Positions 51,617 to 63,435 of a stretch of DNA of 64,000 bases are shown here, one piece after another. The notes beneath the pieces were generated by a model, which was not told the origin of the DNA, did no database searches, and saw only the letters and a list, made by a program, of their open reading frames with translations. The translations under genes were made by a program, and so were the position numbers. This stretch comes from Trichodelitschia bisporula (taxonomy: Eukaryota). The stretch covers positions 755,933 through 819,932 of the forward strand of contig ML996692.1 in assembly GCA_010356995.1 (NCBI GenBank). Direction: 5' to 3'. Within the stretch, counting starts at the first letter, position 1. Each line of letters starts with the position of its first letter.

Positions 51617-53630
51617 CGTACTCCGCCGGCGTCGCAGCGCAAGCGACGAGCTTTCAAAGGCGTGCCGCGAGCGCGAGAGCGAGAAAAAGGTAGCCGGACC
51701 CAGGCTCAGGACGCGGATCACAAAGGGTCGTTCGCAGGTTTAAAAGTAGCAGGTAGCCGATTGTTGAAACGAGGAAACGGGCAGATGTTCTCTGCACAAC
51801 CCCCGTCGAATCGTGAATCGCAAGCTCCTGGTCTTCGTTACACAGCTTCCCGCTTTTGATATGATGAGCTGGGTGCCTGTCGCGAGAGCAATGGCACGAG
51901 CTATGGAGCTGTTGTACAAGCTGGGAGCTGGGGATGAGGACTGGCTAGTGCGATTGTACGATGTTTGCGGAGAGAAGATTGTGGGTGTGTATGTAGATTG
52001 CGCGTGTCGGTTTCGTGAGACGCAAAGGTTATGATGAGGACGGCTGTAACAGCAGCGAACGTAGGTTCGAGGTCGACGGCGGGGATGCGAAGGCACTTTG
52101 AGTGAGTGATGGGCTGGCAAGGTTCCAGGATGCCTGCAGCTGATGAGCAAGCCGCCGGCGCAGTGCGGAGTTGTGCGGATGAGTCGCTTTCTTTTCGCCC
52201 GGGCGACGTGCGTTGCTTAGAGACCGCACGTCACGTCACTGGCGTTTTTTTTGCCAGAGGGAGGCGGGTGAGAGTGGTGGGGGTGGGATTTTCGGGCGGA
52301 GTGGAGAGGCAGAGCGGACGAGGGCGCGCTGGGGCTGAGAAGGGAACTGGGGATTTGGGGTCGGAAAATGGGGGGACCGCCTATAAGCGGCGAGGGTGGA
52401 GATGTGGGAGAAGAACTGAGTAGGGAGGAGAGGCAGTTGGCTAGGTTTACAAGAGCATCGAGAACTCGAGGCTGGACGACTGAGGGGGAACGGACCCAAG
52501 TTGGAGATGCGCCGATGGGGATGGAGATTCCTTCTTTTGTTTTTGCGGTGAAATCCCGCTGTTTTCACGAGTTCTAGATCTTTGTGGATTGCTCTTTCTG
52601 TTTGCTGTGCGCTGAAGGAGAACTACAGCTGAAGAAGCACATTTGTGATATGTCGTCTTCTACAGTATTACGGACAAACCCTCACATTCTTGATATCTAA
52701 GCTGCGTCGCAGTAATTTCTCACCCACAGACTGCAGATCGTCATAGTCAGCAGCACCGCGCGCTATATCAGTCAGTTCAAGGCAGTCAGATCCATCGACC
52801 TTGGGCCGATCAGCGGCGCAGAAAGTTCGCGACCTCCGAAGTGGAGCTGGGGGGCCGCAGTTGAATAATCAGGGCATACTCAGGGCCCACTTCATGGAAG
52901 CAATCCTTTTTACATCGAGGGATGAGTGCAAGCACCGAGGATCGAGATATTCGTGAAAAATCGAACTGTCTTCCAGTCACTTTTTATCATTTACGACTGG
53001 CGATTGAGAACGGGGCTGACGGCGCTGAGGCTTGCGCGGATGCCGGTGCTTCAGTAGTAATGCTTCAGTAGTAATGCTTCACCCTTTTAAGGTTCGTACT
53101 ACGTACCGTACCGTAGTTGCATGTGAGAGTCTCGGCGCGGCGCGTCGCGGTGCCGCCGGCCCAAGAGATCTCGGCCCCGGTTCCCGGTTCGGCCGAGGCC
53201 GAGGCCCTGCTTCCGGGTGCGCGGCTCTCGCGGCTGTATCCTTGATGCCGTCGCGTTGGGAAGCGCGGTTTGAGGTGGGCTTGTCCGTTACGTTAGTGCT
53301 GAGAGAGGAAGTCGAGGGATGAAGTTGAAGGGTGTTGTATCCGCATGCCGGACGTTAACCTTAGAGGGTGAGGTTGCCGGTTGACCTTCGGCGCACACTA
53401 CAGTACATCAACGGGTCCGGCGACAAAACAAAACAACTGGTTCCGCGAGCACTTGCTTCATCATTGCTGAGCAAGTACTTAAGAAACTAGAACGCCAAAA
53501 GCCAGAAAGCAAGGGATATCAAACTACCACCCCAACCGTATATCCAGCGCCATTCCGTCGCAAACCAGTCATGGAAATCCTCTTCATCCAGCCCCATCCC
53601 ACCCAAACACAGACTCCGTCCCAAACGCTT

Positions 53631-55460
53631 CTACGATGCCTCAATCTCCTCCACACTCCCTTTGTTATCCCTCACCATCCCCAGTATGCGCTTTACAGCT
53701 ACCTCCTCCCGCCCCCTCACCTCCCCTCTCGCATCCTCCAGCCGCCTCACCCCATCCAGCATGTTCTTGACATGCGCTTCCAGCGGCAGCGCCCTGCGCG
53801 TCCTCCTTTCTCCCCCTTCAATCTGTCCCGCCGGGCCCACCTCTCCCTCGACACTCTCCACGCCCCCCACATCCTCTCGCAGCCCCTCCACCTCCGCCTG
53901 CACCTTCTGCAACTGCAGCAACGCCTCATGCACGCGCGATGTCGCCTCGTTCTTCCCCCGCCCAACCTCTCCCAGTAGCGCAATCTGCGCCTCAGTCCGA
54001 CGCCTATTCGCACGATTCCCCCCAAACTGCGTCCACAGCTGCGCGAGGAGTTCCTCATGCGAGCCCTGGACCTCGATATCGCTGCGGCTCAGCACGGCGG
54101 AGAGCGCATCAAGCCGCGCATCCAGATCGGAGAGCATCCCGAGCAGCGCCTGCGCCTCGAGGATGAGCCCGCCGAGGTGGTCCCCGATTTCCACCGAGTG
54201 GAGGAGGTACTCCTGCCGTAGCCGCTCCTCGATCACGTCCTCCCACCGCCGGCCGACGACCCCGCGCACGCTCTGCACCACCCGCCCGACGACCCCCCGC
54301 TCCGCCTCCGCCTCGTCGATCTCGTTCAGGATGCGCATCGTGTGTTTGTTGACGTACACGACGTGGTCGACGGCGCGGCCGAGGTGGGAGTAGAAGCGCA
54401 CAACTTCGGCGCCGGCCCCGCGGGCCGCGTCCACGAAACCGTCTAGCTCGTGTGCGATCTCGTTGCGTGCCGGGAGCTGGGAGTACCGCACTATGTGGCG
54501 CAGGTCGCGGAGAGAAGACTCGGAGTGCTTCATTATGTATGGGAGGTCGGCATTGGAGTGTGTGGTGCGCAAAATGTCAGCGAGGGCGCCTTGGGCGGTG
54601 GAGAGGGCGGAAAAGGACAGTGATGTCGAAGGAGGGGTGGACGGTGCGCATATTGGTAGATAGGAGGCGAAGGGTAGGCTGCAGGGAGAGAGGATGGGCG
54701 CGGGAATCATGGAGGTCAGGTGTTGGCCCGTTGCGCGGATACCCCAGAGGATAACACCTATGGCAATGACGAGGCTGATAATGGGCTGCAGGTGGCCCAG
54801 GACGGAGCCGGTGATAACCATCATGTACCCAAATGTCTGAGAGATGGTGTTGCGTGCGAGAGGAAGGAAGTAAGGCAGCGGGTTTGGGCCGAAAGTGTCA
54901 TCCTGCGGTTTGTTCTTTGTTGGGCTCCCTTGCTGGGTTTTGCGCGACCGCTTCGCCCGCCCCGAGTCCCAGGCCTCAGGGCTTCGCCCGTAGTCTCTTC
55001 GCGGGGTCTCCTGCGCGCGCACCGGCGTCCCTTGCCTTGACCACGTCTCCAGAGCACGCCGTTGCGCTGGCGATAGCCGCTGTCCTTCCTCGCGCTGGCG
55101 GGAGAACTGAGATGAAATGGAACCGTTGCGTGCGCCGTCAGGCGAGGCGGGCATTATAAAAGCAGACGGCGCAGGCGGCGAGGGGATACGTGTGGTACGC
55201 TGGGAAATCTGCTCGGCCATTTTGTGCATCCTGACGTTGCGTGCATGCGCGTCTCCGTCGGAGTGCTCAGTCTCCATGAAGTCCCAGGACTGGCTCGGGG
55301 GTGGTGCGGCGGTGCGCTGGGCGCTGCGGCGAGTAGGGTAGTTGCGACGCCGGGAGGGAGGCGTGGAGGGCGCATCGCTGGTTTGGAGCTCGTCGTCGGA
55401 GTTGTAATCGTGCCAGGCTGGGACGTAATCGTCGTCGTCGGGTGGGGATGAAGGAGGCAT
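53631..55460 (-). CDS. Hypothetical membrane protein (disordered N-terminus, TM segment, long coiled coil)
   Basis: Intronless ORF of ~610 codons from MPPSSPPDDDDY, hydrophobic IISLVIAIGVILWGI, PCSLPFASYLPIC, helical C-terminal half. Confidence 0.75.
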   Translation of the reverse strand: MPPSSPPDDDDYVPAWHDYNSDDELQTSDAPSTPPSRRRNYPTRRSAQRTAAPPPSQSWDFMETEHSDGDAHARNVRMHKMAEQISQRTTRIPSPPAPSAFIMPASPDGARNGSISSQFSRQREEGQRLSPAQRRALETWSRQGTPVRAQETPRRDYGRSPEAWDSGRAKRSRKTQQGSPTKNKPQDDTFGPNPLPYFLPLARNTISQTFGYMMVITGSVLGHLQPIISLVIAIGVILWGIRATGQHLTSMIPAPILSPCSLPFASYLPICAPSTPPSTSLSFSALSTAQGALADILRTTHSNADLPYIMKHSESSLRDLRHIVRYSQLPARNEIAHELDGFVDAARGAGAEVVRFYSHLGRAVDHVVYVNKHTMRILNEIDEAEAERGVVGRVVQSVRGVVGRRWEDVIEERLRQEYLLHSVEIGDHLGGLILEAQALLGMLSDLDARLDALSAVLSRSDIEVQGSHEELLAQLWTQFGGNRANRRRTEAQIALLGEVGRGKNEATSRVHEALLQLQKVQAEVEGLREDVGGVESVEGEVGPAGQIEGGERRTRRALPLEAHVKNMLDGVRRLEDARGEVRGREEVAVKRILGMVRDNKGSVEEIEAS

Positions 55461-55803
55461 GGTGGACTTTTCGAGAGGAATGCGATGCTGTATTGAATTG
55501 GGGTGGTTCTTGGTGAGAATGTTTAGCAGCAATCAGGTGGCGGCATAGGTAATGTAGGAATATGAAGCTGCCGCTGGATTTGGCGATGCGCTGTCCCTTG
55601 GTGTTGCGGGGAATGAAAGAAGGCTGGTGGCTGGGGGGCGACGGGTGACGTCGCGTGCGGGCGTGGCGCGTGTGAATGCCTGACTCCTAATTGATTTATG
55701 CCTTGTCTCCTTGTTGCCTTTTGATGACTTATTGCCTGACAGCCTTGCAGCCTGTCGTGGTTTCGGTCGTTTTTTCAACACCAAGGCCCGCGACATCACC
55801 ACC

Positions 55804-57378
55804 ATGTCGGGCCCGTTCCGCTTACACACCTTCTATGCCGCGCGCCGTCAGCACCTCTTCCGGCACCATGTCCGCATCGGAACGTCCATCTTTGCGCGGC
55901 CGTGCTCGTGCACAGCGTCACTGGCCGACGACAAGCCGACCAGAACCCAGCCGCTGAGCGATAGCACACCCTCCACGCCGCCCAAACCCCCCGCAGACCA
56001 CCGCGAGCTCGCCACAGCTCAAGGACTCTTCACCACATCTACATACAGTCCGGGCTCGCCGCTCCTCCTCCCCAATGGCGCGGACATGTTCATCAAGCTA
56101 ACGAGCTTCTTGCGGAGCCTCTACCCGCAATTCGGCTTCCGGGAGGTAATAACGCCGACGATATACAAGCAGTCACTCTGGGAACGCTCGGGACACTGGG
56201 TGAACTACGCCGAGGACATGTTCGCGGTGCGGGGACGGGGTGCAACGGGGAGTACGGCCGGGGAGGCGGGCGAAGATGAGGAGTTTGGGCTGAAGCCGAT
56301 GAACTGTCCAGGGCACTGCTTGCTGTTCGCCAGCGAGAAGCGCAGCTACCGCGATCTGCCCGTACGATTTGCCGACTTCAGCCCGCTGCACCGTAATGAG
56401 ATCTCGGGGGCGCTGAGCGGGTTGACGCGCGTCCGCCGCTTCCACCAGGATGATGGGCATATCTTCTGCCGACCCGCGCAGATTGAGGCTGAAATCAAGC
56501 GCACGATGGAGTTTATCCAGCTGGTATACAGCGATGTGTTCGATCTGGGGCCCTACCGCCTCGTTCTCTCCACGCGCCCGACCGATAATTTCATCGGCAC
56601 GATCGCCGAATGGGACGCGGCTGAGGCACAACTGACCCGCGCGCTGGACTCCACCGGCCGTGAATGGACGCTCAATGCTGGTGACGGCGCCTTCTACGGG
56701 CCGAAGATCGACGTGATCCTGCGGGACTCGGACGGCAAGGAGCACCAAACCGCAACCATCCAGCTCGACTTCCAGCTCCCGCAGCGCTTCGGCCTCTCCT
56801 ACACCGCGCCTGCGCCTGAACTCGAAGCTCATGGCGCTGTAGGGCCAGACACAGATCCTGAACTTCTAGCCACCAGCGGCTCTGTCACGCCTGTCATTAT
56901 TCACCGTGCGGTGCTTGGGTCGCTGGAGCGCTTCCTCGCATTGCTGATCGAGCACTACAATGGGCGATACCCGCTGTGGCTCTCGCCGCGACCGATGATC
57001 TTCCTGACCGTTGGGCAGTCCGAAGCGGAACTCGCTGCGCTGCAGCGCGTCGTGGAACAGGTCCCTGGCAACGCGCCTTTCGCCGACGTAGGACGTCGCG
57101 GCGAGGCGCTGCTGCATGTGGAGACGGACACGTCGGCGCGGGGGCTGGGGAAGAAGGTGCACGAGGCGAAGGCTGCGGGGTACAACATCATCGGCGTTGT
57201 TGGGCCGCGGGACGCTGTGAAGGGTACCGTTAGTCTGGAAGTGGGCGGGCGGAATGCGGAGGTGGTGCGGGAGGTGTTGGCGGGGGTGGAAGGGGCGGAG
57301 GCCGTGCGGAATGGGGTACGGATGCCAGTGAATGGGCTGACGAGAGGGCTGGTTGAGGTGGTGGCGCGATATCTCTAG
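55804..57378 (+). CDS. MST1: Mitochondrial threonyl-tRNA synthetase
   Basis: Arg-rich, acid-free presequence; LWERSGHW, LKPMNCPGHC, LHRNEISGALSGLTRVRRFHQDDGH, GDGAFYGPKID, TIQLDFQLP, IIHRAVLGSLERF; no N-terminal editing domain. Confidence 0.93.
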   Translation: MSGPFRLHTFYAARRQHLFRHHVRIGTSIFARPCSCTASLADDKPTRTQPLSDSTPSTPPKPPADHRELATAQGLFTTSTYSPGSPLLLPNGADMFIKLTSFLRSLYPQFGFREVITPTIYKQSLWERSGHWVNYAEDMFAVRGRGATGSTAGEAGEDEEFGLKPMNCPGHCLLFASEKRSYRDLPVRFADFSPLHRNEISGALSGLTRVRRFHQDDGHIFCRPAQIEAEIKRTMEFIQLVYSDVFDLGPYRLVLSTRPTDNFIGTIAEWDAAEAQLTRALDSTGREWTLNAGDGAFYGPKIDVILRDSDGKEHQTATIQLDFQLPQRFGLSYTAPAPELEAHGAVGPDTDPELLATSGSVTPVIIHRAVLGSLERFLALLIEHYNGRYPLWLSPRPMIFLTVGQSEAELAALQRVVEQVPGNAPFADVGRRGEALLHVETDTSARGLGKKVHEAKAAGYNIIGVVGPRDAVKGTVSLEVGGRNAEVVREVLAGVEGAEAVRNGVRMPVNGLTRGLVEVVARYL

Positions 57379-57692
57379 GGGCATGAACATTCCGGTGGTG
57401 GGTTGGGGGTCCTTTCGGCGATGATCGGCAGCGGAGGCGGGCCGACATTTCGGATATCGATCTCTGCCGACGTGCCGCGAGTGTCTTAGTACCGGATTGC
57501 CACGGCGGGCCTCTCCAACCTCTCCAGCATGGAACTCAGTACGCTATCTCCACTGCAAGCAGATTCCAAAGGCCATGCACGTCGTAGTACCGCGTCAATG
57601 CCACCCAACTATCCAGCACAAGGCTGGCGCACACAATGCCGTCGCCTTTCACCAGCCTCTCGCATGTCTCGCGTCCCTGCTCCCTCCATCTG

Positions 57693-57699
57693 TATATAA
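57693..57699 (+). promoter_or_regulatory. Putative TATA box of the secreted GH18-like gene
   Basis: TATATAA about 80 nt upstream of ATG 57779, followed by a C/A-rich leader. Confidence 0.5.
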
Positions 57700-57778
57700 G
57701 ACTCATAGCCTCCTCTCACAGCTCCAATTCGCACCAGCATCTCCACCAAAACCATCCCCCACGATCCAAACACCCAAA

Positions 57779-59281
57779 ATGCATCCCCCTCTCCTCTCAC
57801 TCCTCGTCCTCCCCCTCACTATCACCGCCCTCTACATACACCCGCATAACCGCCACTCCCACCACCGCCGTCTTACCCCACTAGATGCCACCATCGAGCA
57901 GCTCGAAGCCCAAGTCGAAGACCTCGAAGCACAGACCTCAGATCAAGTCAGCGGCCTAGCCATACGGGTGAGCGCGCTCGAGGCCCCTCCCGCCTCGACA
58001 CCGGATCCCACCGCCGCCCAACCAGCCGCCGAACCGGAGGCCGGGCCCGAGACGCCCGGCGCCCGGCCTGCATATCCTCCCTTCAGCATCCCTGAAGAAG
58101 CGCCTGCACTCGAACCCGCTGCCGAACCTGCACCCGAAGCGGCGGCCGAAGCGGCGGCCGAACCTGAACCCACGCCCACCGAAGCCGAAGGAACGCAGTT
58201 CCCCCTTCCACCGCCCATAACCTCCTCCCCGGCGCCCACGCTGATCGCCCTCCCGCCCCTCATCTGGTCCAGCGAGAACAACACCATTTTCACAGTCCCC
58301 CTCCTCTTCAACATCTCCACATCCCCCGCTACCCCAATCCTGACACTAACCATCCCCGCCGTCGTTGCTCCCACCGATACCTCGCCCGCCGACTCCCCAC
58401 CTACCGACGCCGCACCAACCGACATCCCTACGACCCCGCCNNNNNNNNNNNNNNNNNNNNNNNNNNNNNNNNNNNNNNNNNNNNNNCCCAAATTCTCGCC
58501 TTCCCCCCACCTAGCACCGGCAACACAGCCCTAAACACCGCCTGCACCGACCCCAACATCTCCACCATCATCCTCCCCCCAGACGGCTCCGTACCCGCCG
58601 ACGGCCTATCCGCCTGCCAATCCGCCGGGCGCCACGTCCTCCAACCCCTCGACCTAAGCACGAACACAACCCTCCCAAAACCCGACGAAATAGCCGCCAC
58701 CGGCGCCGACGGTGTTGCGCTTGAAGCTCAGGACCTGACGCCCCATGTCGCAGACGCTGTGGCTGCACTCCGGCCCGCGGGGATGTTAATCCTGACGTTG
58801 CCATGTGCGGTGCCCGACCAGGCCGGCGCAACGGTGCTGGGTCAAATCCGGCACAGCGTCGGTTTGGTCGTGGTAAGGTTCTTTGGCGAATGACGCGTGC
58901 ACGCTCGGCAGCGACGGGTTCCCAGGCGCGGTTGCCGCGTGGGCGGGGTTGCTGGAGGGGCCTGACCATGGGGCTGAACCCTCGAATGCTCCCGCTGCGC
59001 CCGGAGCCGAGGCCGCGATGCCCCCCGGTGACGGGATGGAAGGCACCGAACGCATCGCCCAAGCTGGCGCCGCGGCTTCCGGGCCAGGACTGGTGCTCGG
59101 CCTCGACGCCACGGATCTAGTCGAGCTAGGCCCGGCGACGGTGAGCCACTGGCTCGCTGAGGCGGGGGGCGTAGGTGATTTTGCAGGCGTGGCGGTGTAT
59201 GGGAGTACGGAGGCCAGGTTGGGGGCGTGGTTGAGCGGGGAGTTGGGGCTTAGTTCGTCGGCGGCGGGGACGGGGCCTTGA
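57779..59281 (+). CDS. Secreted P/A/E/T-rich protein with a degenerate GH18 class III (Cts1/hevamine-like) domain; gap and apparent frameshift, possibly a pseudogene
   Basis: Signal peptide MHPPLLSLLVLPLTITA. After the gap, frame 1 reads LNTACTDPNISTIIL..LSACQSAGRHVL..GADGVALE..LTLPCAVPD..LVVVRFFGE* (TGA 58891-58893). Frame 2 continues ANDACTLGSDGF..W..LVLGL..DFAGVAVY. Confidence 0.55.
58441..58486. other. Assembly gap (N run)
   Basis: Run of N characters within a repetitive coding region. Confidence 1.
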
Positions 59282-60011
59282 GTAGGGAGGATGGAGGCGG
59301 GTGGAGGCGGTTGTTTTTGCCCACTATGGGTTAGTTCTAGTGGTTAGGAGGCATGGTTCTGGGATATTGTTAGATGCATACAATGTTATCCATATGACAT
59401 GACGTACCGCGCTCCGTTACCCAAGTCCCGTCACGATCGCCCCCCTCCTCCCCCCCTATTCCCATCACCGACTATCACAGTCCAGCATTGAGAAGCGAGG
59501 ATACATGCATACAACTAAGCTACCATTAAAAATTCCCAGCAGACGCATCGCCCTATCCGTCCCATCCACAAGTACGTCCGACCGGTACCGCCGGTAACCA
59601 TCTAACACATAATCCGCCGCAGCAACAAGCTCAGTCGCAGACCTCGCCCCTCAACCATCAACAGAAACCCCGGGAAACCCCCCCAACCCCAGCGCCTATA
59701 AACAATCACAGCCCCGAAGCAATGAACAAAGCAAGAGTCAGCTGCTAAACACCCGGATTTAGGCCTAAGTTCCAGCCATCGCATACCATAACCGCTACTA
59801 CATCCCCGGAAACAAGAAATTGTTCCCGCGTGGAGAGAGAATACAGAGATTCCCAGCATTCCATCACAGGAACACCGACAGCCCCCCTTCGCAAAGACAT
59901 ACAAAGGAAATAAGACACAAGCACTGAAACGAACTCCGCCCCAATGCAGCCGCCTAAGAATCGCAAGGTACCCTCTTCATCCACGTCCCTCAAGTTGGGA
60001 ATCTAGAACCC

Positions 60012-63000
60012 CTAAAGCTCCGTCCGCGCCCGAGCCCTCTTCCGGAAAAAGTCCATCACCCGTCTAGCAGCACCACTGCTCCCCTCATGCCTACCCTCCG
60101 CATTATCGTACGCCTCCGTAAACTTGCGAGTCTTCTGGAGGGTCGCGCCCTTGCGGCCCTGGCCATCGTACTCTCCCTCAAACCCAGCGGGATACACAGG
60201 CTTGAACTCCTCGCGCCCATGAGCCTGCGCCGCCTGCGCCCACTGCCGGCTACTGCGCGAACCAGGACGCGTCTTCTGCCGCTCCGGAATCGGCTGCGAG
60301 ACCTGCGGCGCCGGAGCCGCGGCGGACGGGTAGCCAGTCGAGAGATGCGGAAGGGAACTGCTCTGAGTACGCTCATGCGCGAGAACACGCGCCGTAGGGC
60401 CGGCGACCGCCGGGCTCGAGCCGTAGGGGCCCTGAAGGCCGAGACCAGACTCCGTGCTCTGCGCCGGACTATCCCTAGCTCCAACACCAGCGGAGCGAAT
60501 CACACGGCCACGGCCACCACTCATCTGGCCCTCAATAGGCGAGTTAGGTAGCGGCTTGTCCACGCCGGGAGAGGAGGAAGAGGTAAACGGACGCGTAAGG
60601 CTGGCCGGAAGGAAGGAGAAGCGCTTCGAGCTACGTTCCGATGGCTGAGCGGAGCCGCGGCGTGCAAAGGAGAAGCTCGTACGGCGTGAATCGTTGGAGC
60701 GGCGCGGCTCCGGGTCGTACGCCATGGGCTTCATGCTGACGGGAGGATGCGACATCTTCTTTGGCTTGGGTTCGGTAGGTGCCAACGGGCCCTCCGGAGG
60801 CGAGCCCTTGCTGCTGCTCCCGCCACCTCCGAAGATAGAGCCTGTCTTCCCGAAGAGCTTCTCGCTGATACCGCCGACGGTGTTCGAGCGCCGGTGGCCG
60901 CGCGCGTGAGAATCGGTCCGCTCGCCAGCGCCACGCGACGGCTCGCGCGAGTAGGCGGCTGAGCTGCGGTGCGCGGCGGGATAGGCCTCATGCTCGCGCT
61001 CACCGGCGGAGGTCGACGGTGCCGTCACCGTGTACTGCTTGCCATGTGGCTGAGAAATGCGGCCCGTGGCTTGCTCGCGGTGGACGGCCACAGCAGGTTG
61101 TCCGTGTCCCGACGGGAGACGCTGGCCTGACATGGATCCACCCGTCGACGGGCGCTGGGCGACGTTATTGACCATCTCTGAGGCGGCACGCTGGGCATCG
61201 CGGTTGGGGCGCGTTGATGAAGGGGGGTACGAAGGCGCAGCGGCGGCGGGAGCGGCGGCGGGCGCGGGTGCCTGGCGCTGCTGCGCCGGGCGTGCTGCCG
61301 GGTACGTGTCCTGGACTTCTACCGGTCCCTGAGACTCGTTGCGCGCACGGGTCTTGGCTGGAGGAGAAATGGCCGAAGCGGTCGGGCTCTCACGGGCGGT
61401 GGATGACGACGGCGGAACATACTCGAGCTGAACGGTACGGCGGTTGGCAGCGCGCTTTGCCTTTTCAGCGGACGAAGGCTCTGGGTTGTTGCGTGCCGTT
61501 GGGGCACTCGGGGCGTGAGTCTTTGCGGGCTCGCGGACAGAGGCGCTGCGTGCGAGATGCGGCTCGAAGGCGTCTTCTGCGCTACGTTAGGAGAAGTCTT
61601 ACGAAAAAATAACAGCACGAATTACCTGACGGAACAGTAGTGTTCTTGATGTCATTCGGCGTCGTCGTGCTGCTTGTGATGAAGGCCACCACATGGGCGT
61701 ACTCACTTAGCCAGCTGTGGCGCGCAACCTCAAAGAGGTCCGCACGCTTGCGCGGATCGGGGACAAGTATGCGCTTCAGTAGATCGCGAGCGTGAGGAGT
61801 CACGTACTCCGGAAAGGTGAGGGGAGTAGACACAATGTACTTGTAGAGCAGGTTGATGTTGTCTCCTTCAGGATTGGCGGGGTCATCGTCGAAAGGCAGG
61901 TACCCGGCAAGCATGGCGTACTAACACATGTTAGCAGAAACTCCCACTATTGAGAGAGAAGGTTAACTCACCAAGATCACGCCGCAGCTCCAAACATCGA
62001 CCTTGCGCCCCGTGTACAATGAGTCGCTCACCACGAGCTCAGGCGCCGCGTAGCATGGACTGCCACAGCTCGTCTGCATCAGATCGCCGCGGCGGTGGCC
62101 GTCGTCGCGCATCACGTCGAGGCCCATCTTCTTGACAAAGTCGCGGTTACTCAGGTTGTACTCAATCTCCTCGCCGAGTTCGTCGACGGGGTTAAAGGTA
62201 TTTGCAAAGCCAAAGTCGGTGATGATGATGTTCCGATTGCGGTCAAGCAGCAAGTTCTCCAGCTTCAAATCGCGGTGGACGATGCCCTTTTTGTGCAGGT
62301 AGCCGACACCAGACACAAGCTGGGCAAAGAGGCGGCGCGCCGCATTATCCTTGAGGAAGCGGTGCTGTAGGATGTAGTCGAACAGCTCACCGCCCGACGC
62401 GTACTCGAGAATGATGCCGATATGGCGCTCGGTCTCAACCATCTCGTGCAGGCGAACAATGTTTGGATGTTGCAAGCCGCGCAGGATGGAAATTTCGCGG
62501 TAGATCTTGGGAAGACGGGACGGATTCGTGCCCAGTGCATCGCGGCGGATCAGTTTGACGGCCACTTGGACGCCTCCATCGCGCTTCCAGCCGAGCTTGA
62601 CTTTGCCGAACTCACCCTCGCCGAGTGTTTGCCCAAGGTAGTATTCGCCGAAACGCGCCTCCTTACGCGCAGGACGCTGCTCGGTGCGCTCTTGGCGCGT
62701 GCGGGAACCATCATCGTTGGCGACAGGAGCAGCGGAGGCCGAATCACCGCCGTTCGGCGGCATAGGCCGCGACTCGGAGGCACGCGCGCGCTCGCGCTCA
62801 ACGTCTTCCTGGGGGTCGGCAATGATGACGCGATTGATGACGGTGCTGTTCTCGCGGGGGAGATCGGTGCCCATGGGCGGTTGACCGACGGCAGTGGCCG
62901 ATCTGCTGTGGCTAGGCGATGGTTTGCCTCGGTTGTTGGATGCAGCAGCAGCAGCAGCGGATTCCTGCTGCGCACGACGGCGCGCGTACTCGTCGGCGTT

Positions 63001-63435
63001 GGGTATCCTGGCACCAGCGTTTTCGTCACCACGAGCCATGTCGGGAGCAGGAGCGGTGGCGGTGTGAGAGCGCTGCTGCTGCTGGTTGGAGGAAGTGCGC
63101 GGCGGCGGAACGGGAGCGGAGTTCGGCGACGCGTTGGTGGCCATGGCGCGGGGAGGAGAAGTTAAGGAAGGCGCGACCGCGGAAGCCGGGGGTGATTGAT
63201 GCGACGTTGAACCATTGCTGGGACGGCGCGAAGCCTTGCGAGCTGACACCGGCAGCTGCTGAGGAGTTTGAGTCTGAGTCTGAGTCTGTGTCTGCGGCTG
63301 CTGGCCCGACGATTGCGCAGCGGATGGCGAGCCGGATGAAGGCTGCGAGTAGTACTGATCACGCGAATGAGGCGATCCCTGGTACTGACGGTTGGCGAGA
63401 GATTGCGCGCTGGGCTGCACGGCCGCCGAAGACAT
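60012..63435 (-). CDS. KIN4: Ser/Thr protein kinase, Kin4/KfsA type
   Basis: [30 protein letters not shown] with the long activation-loop insert typical of Kin4, [34 protein letters not shown]-terminal [15 protein letters not shown]. Introns ~61921-61971 and ~61582-61625. Confidence 0.88.

Noticed and set aside
53047..53081. 14-bp tandem duplication TGCTTCAGTAGTAA x2.5
   Set aside because: Simple slippage duplication with no spacers; not CRISPR-like and no evidence of function.
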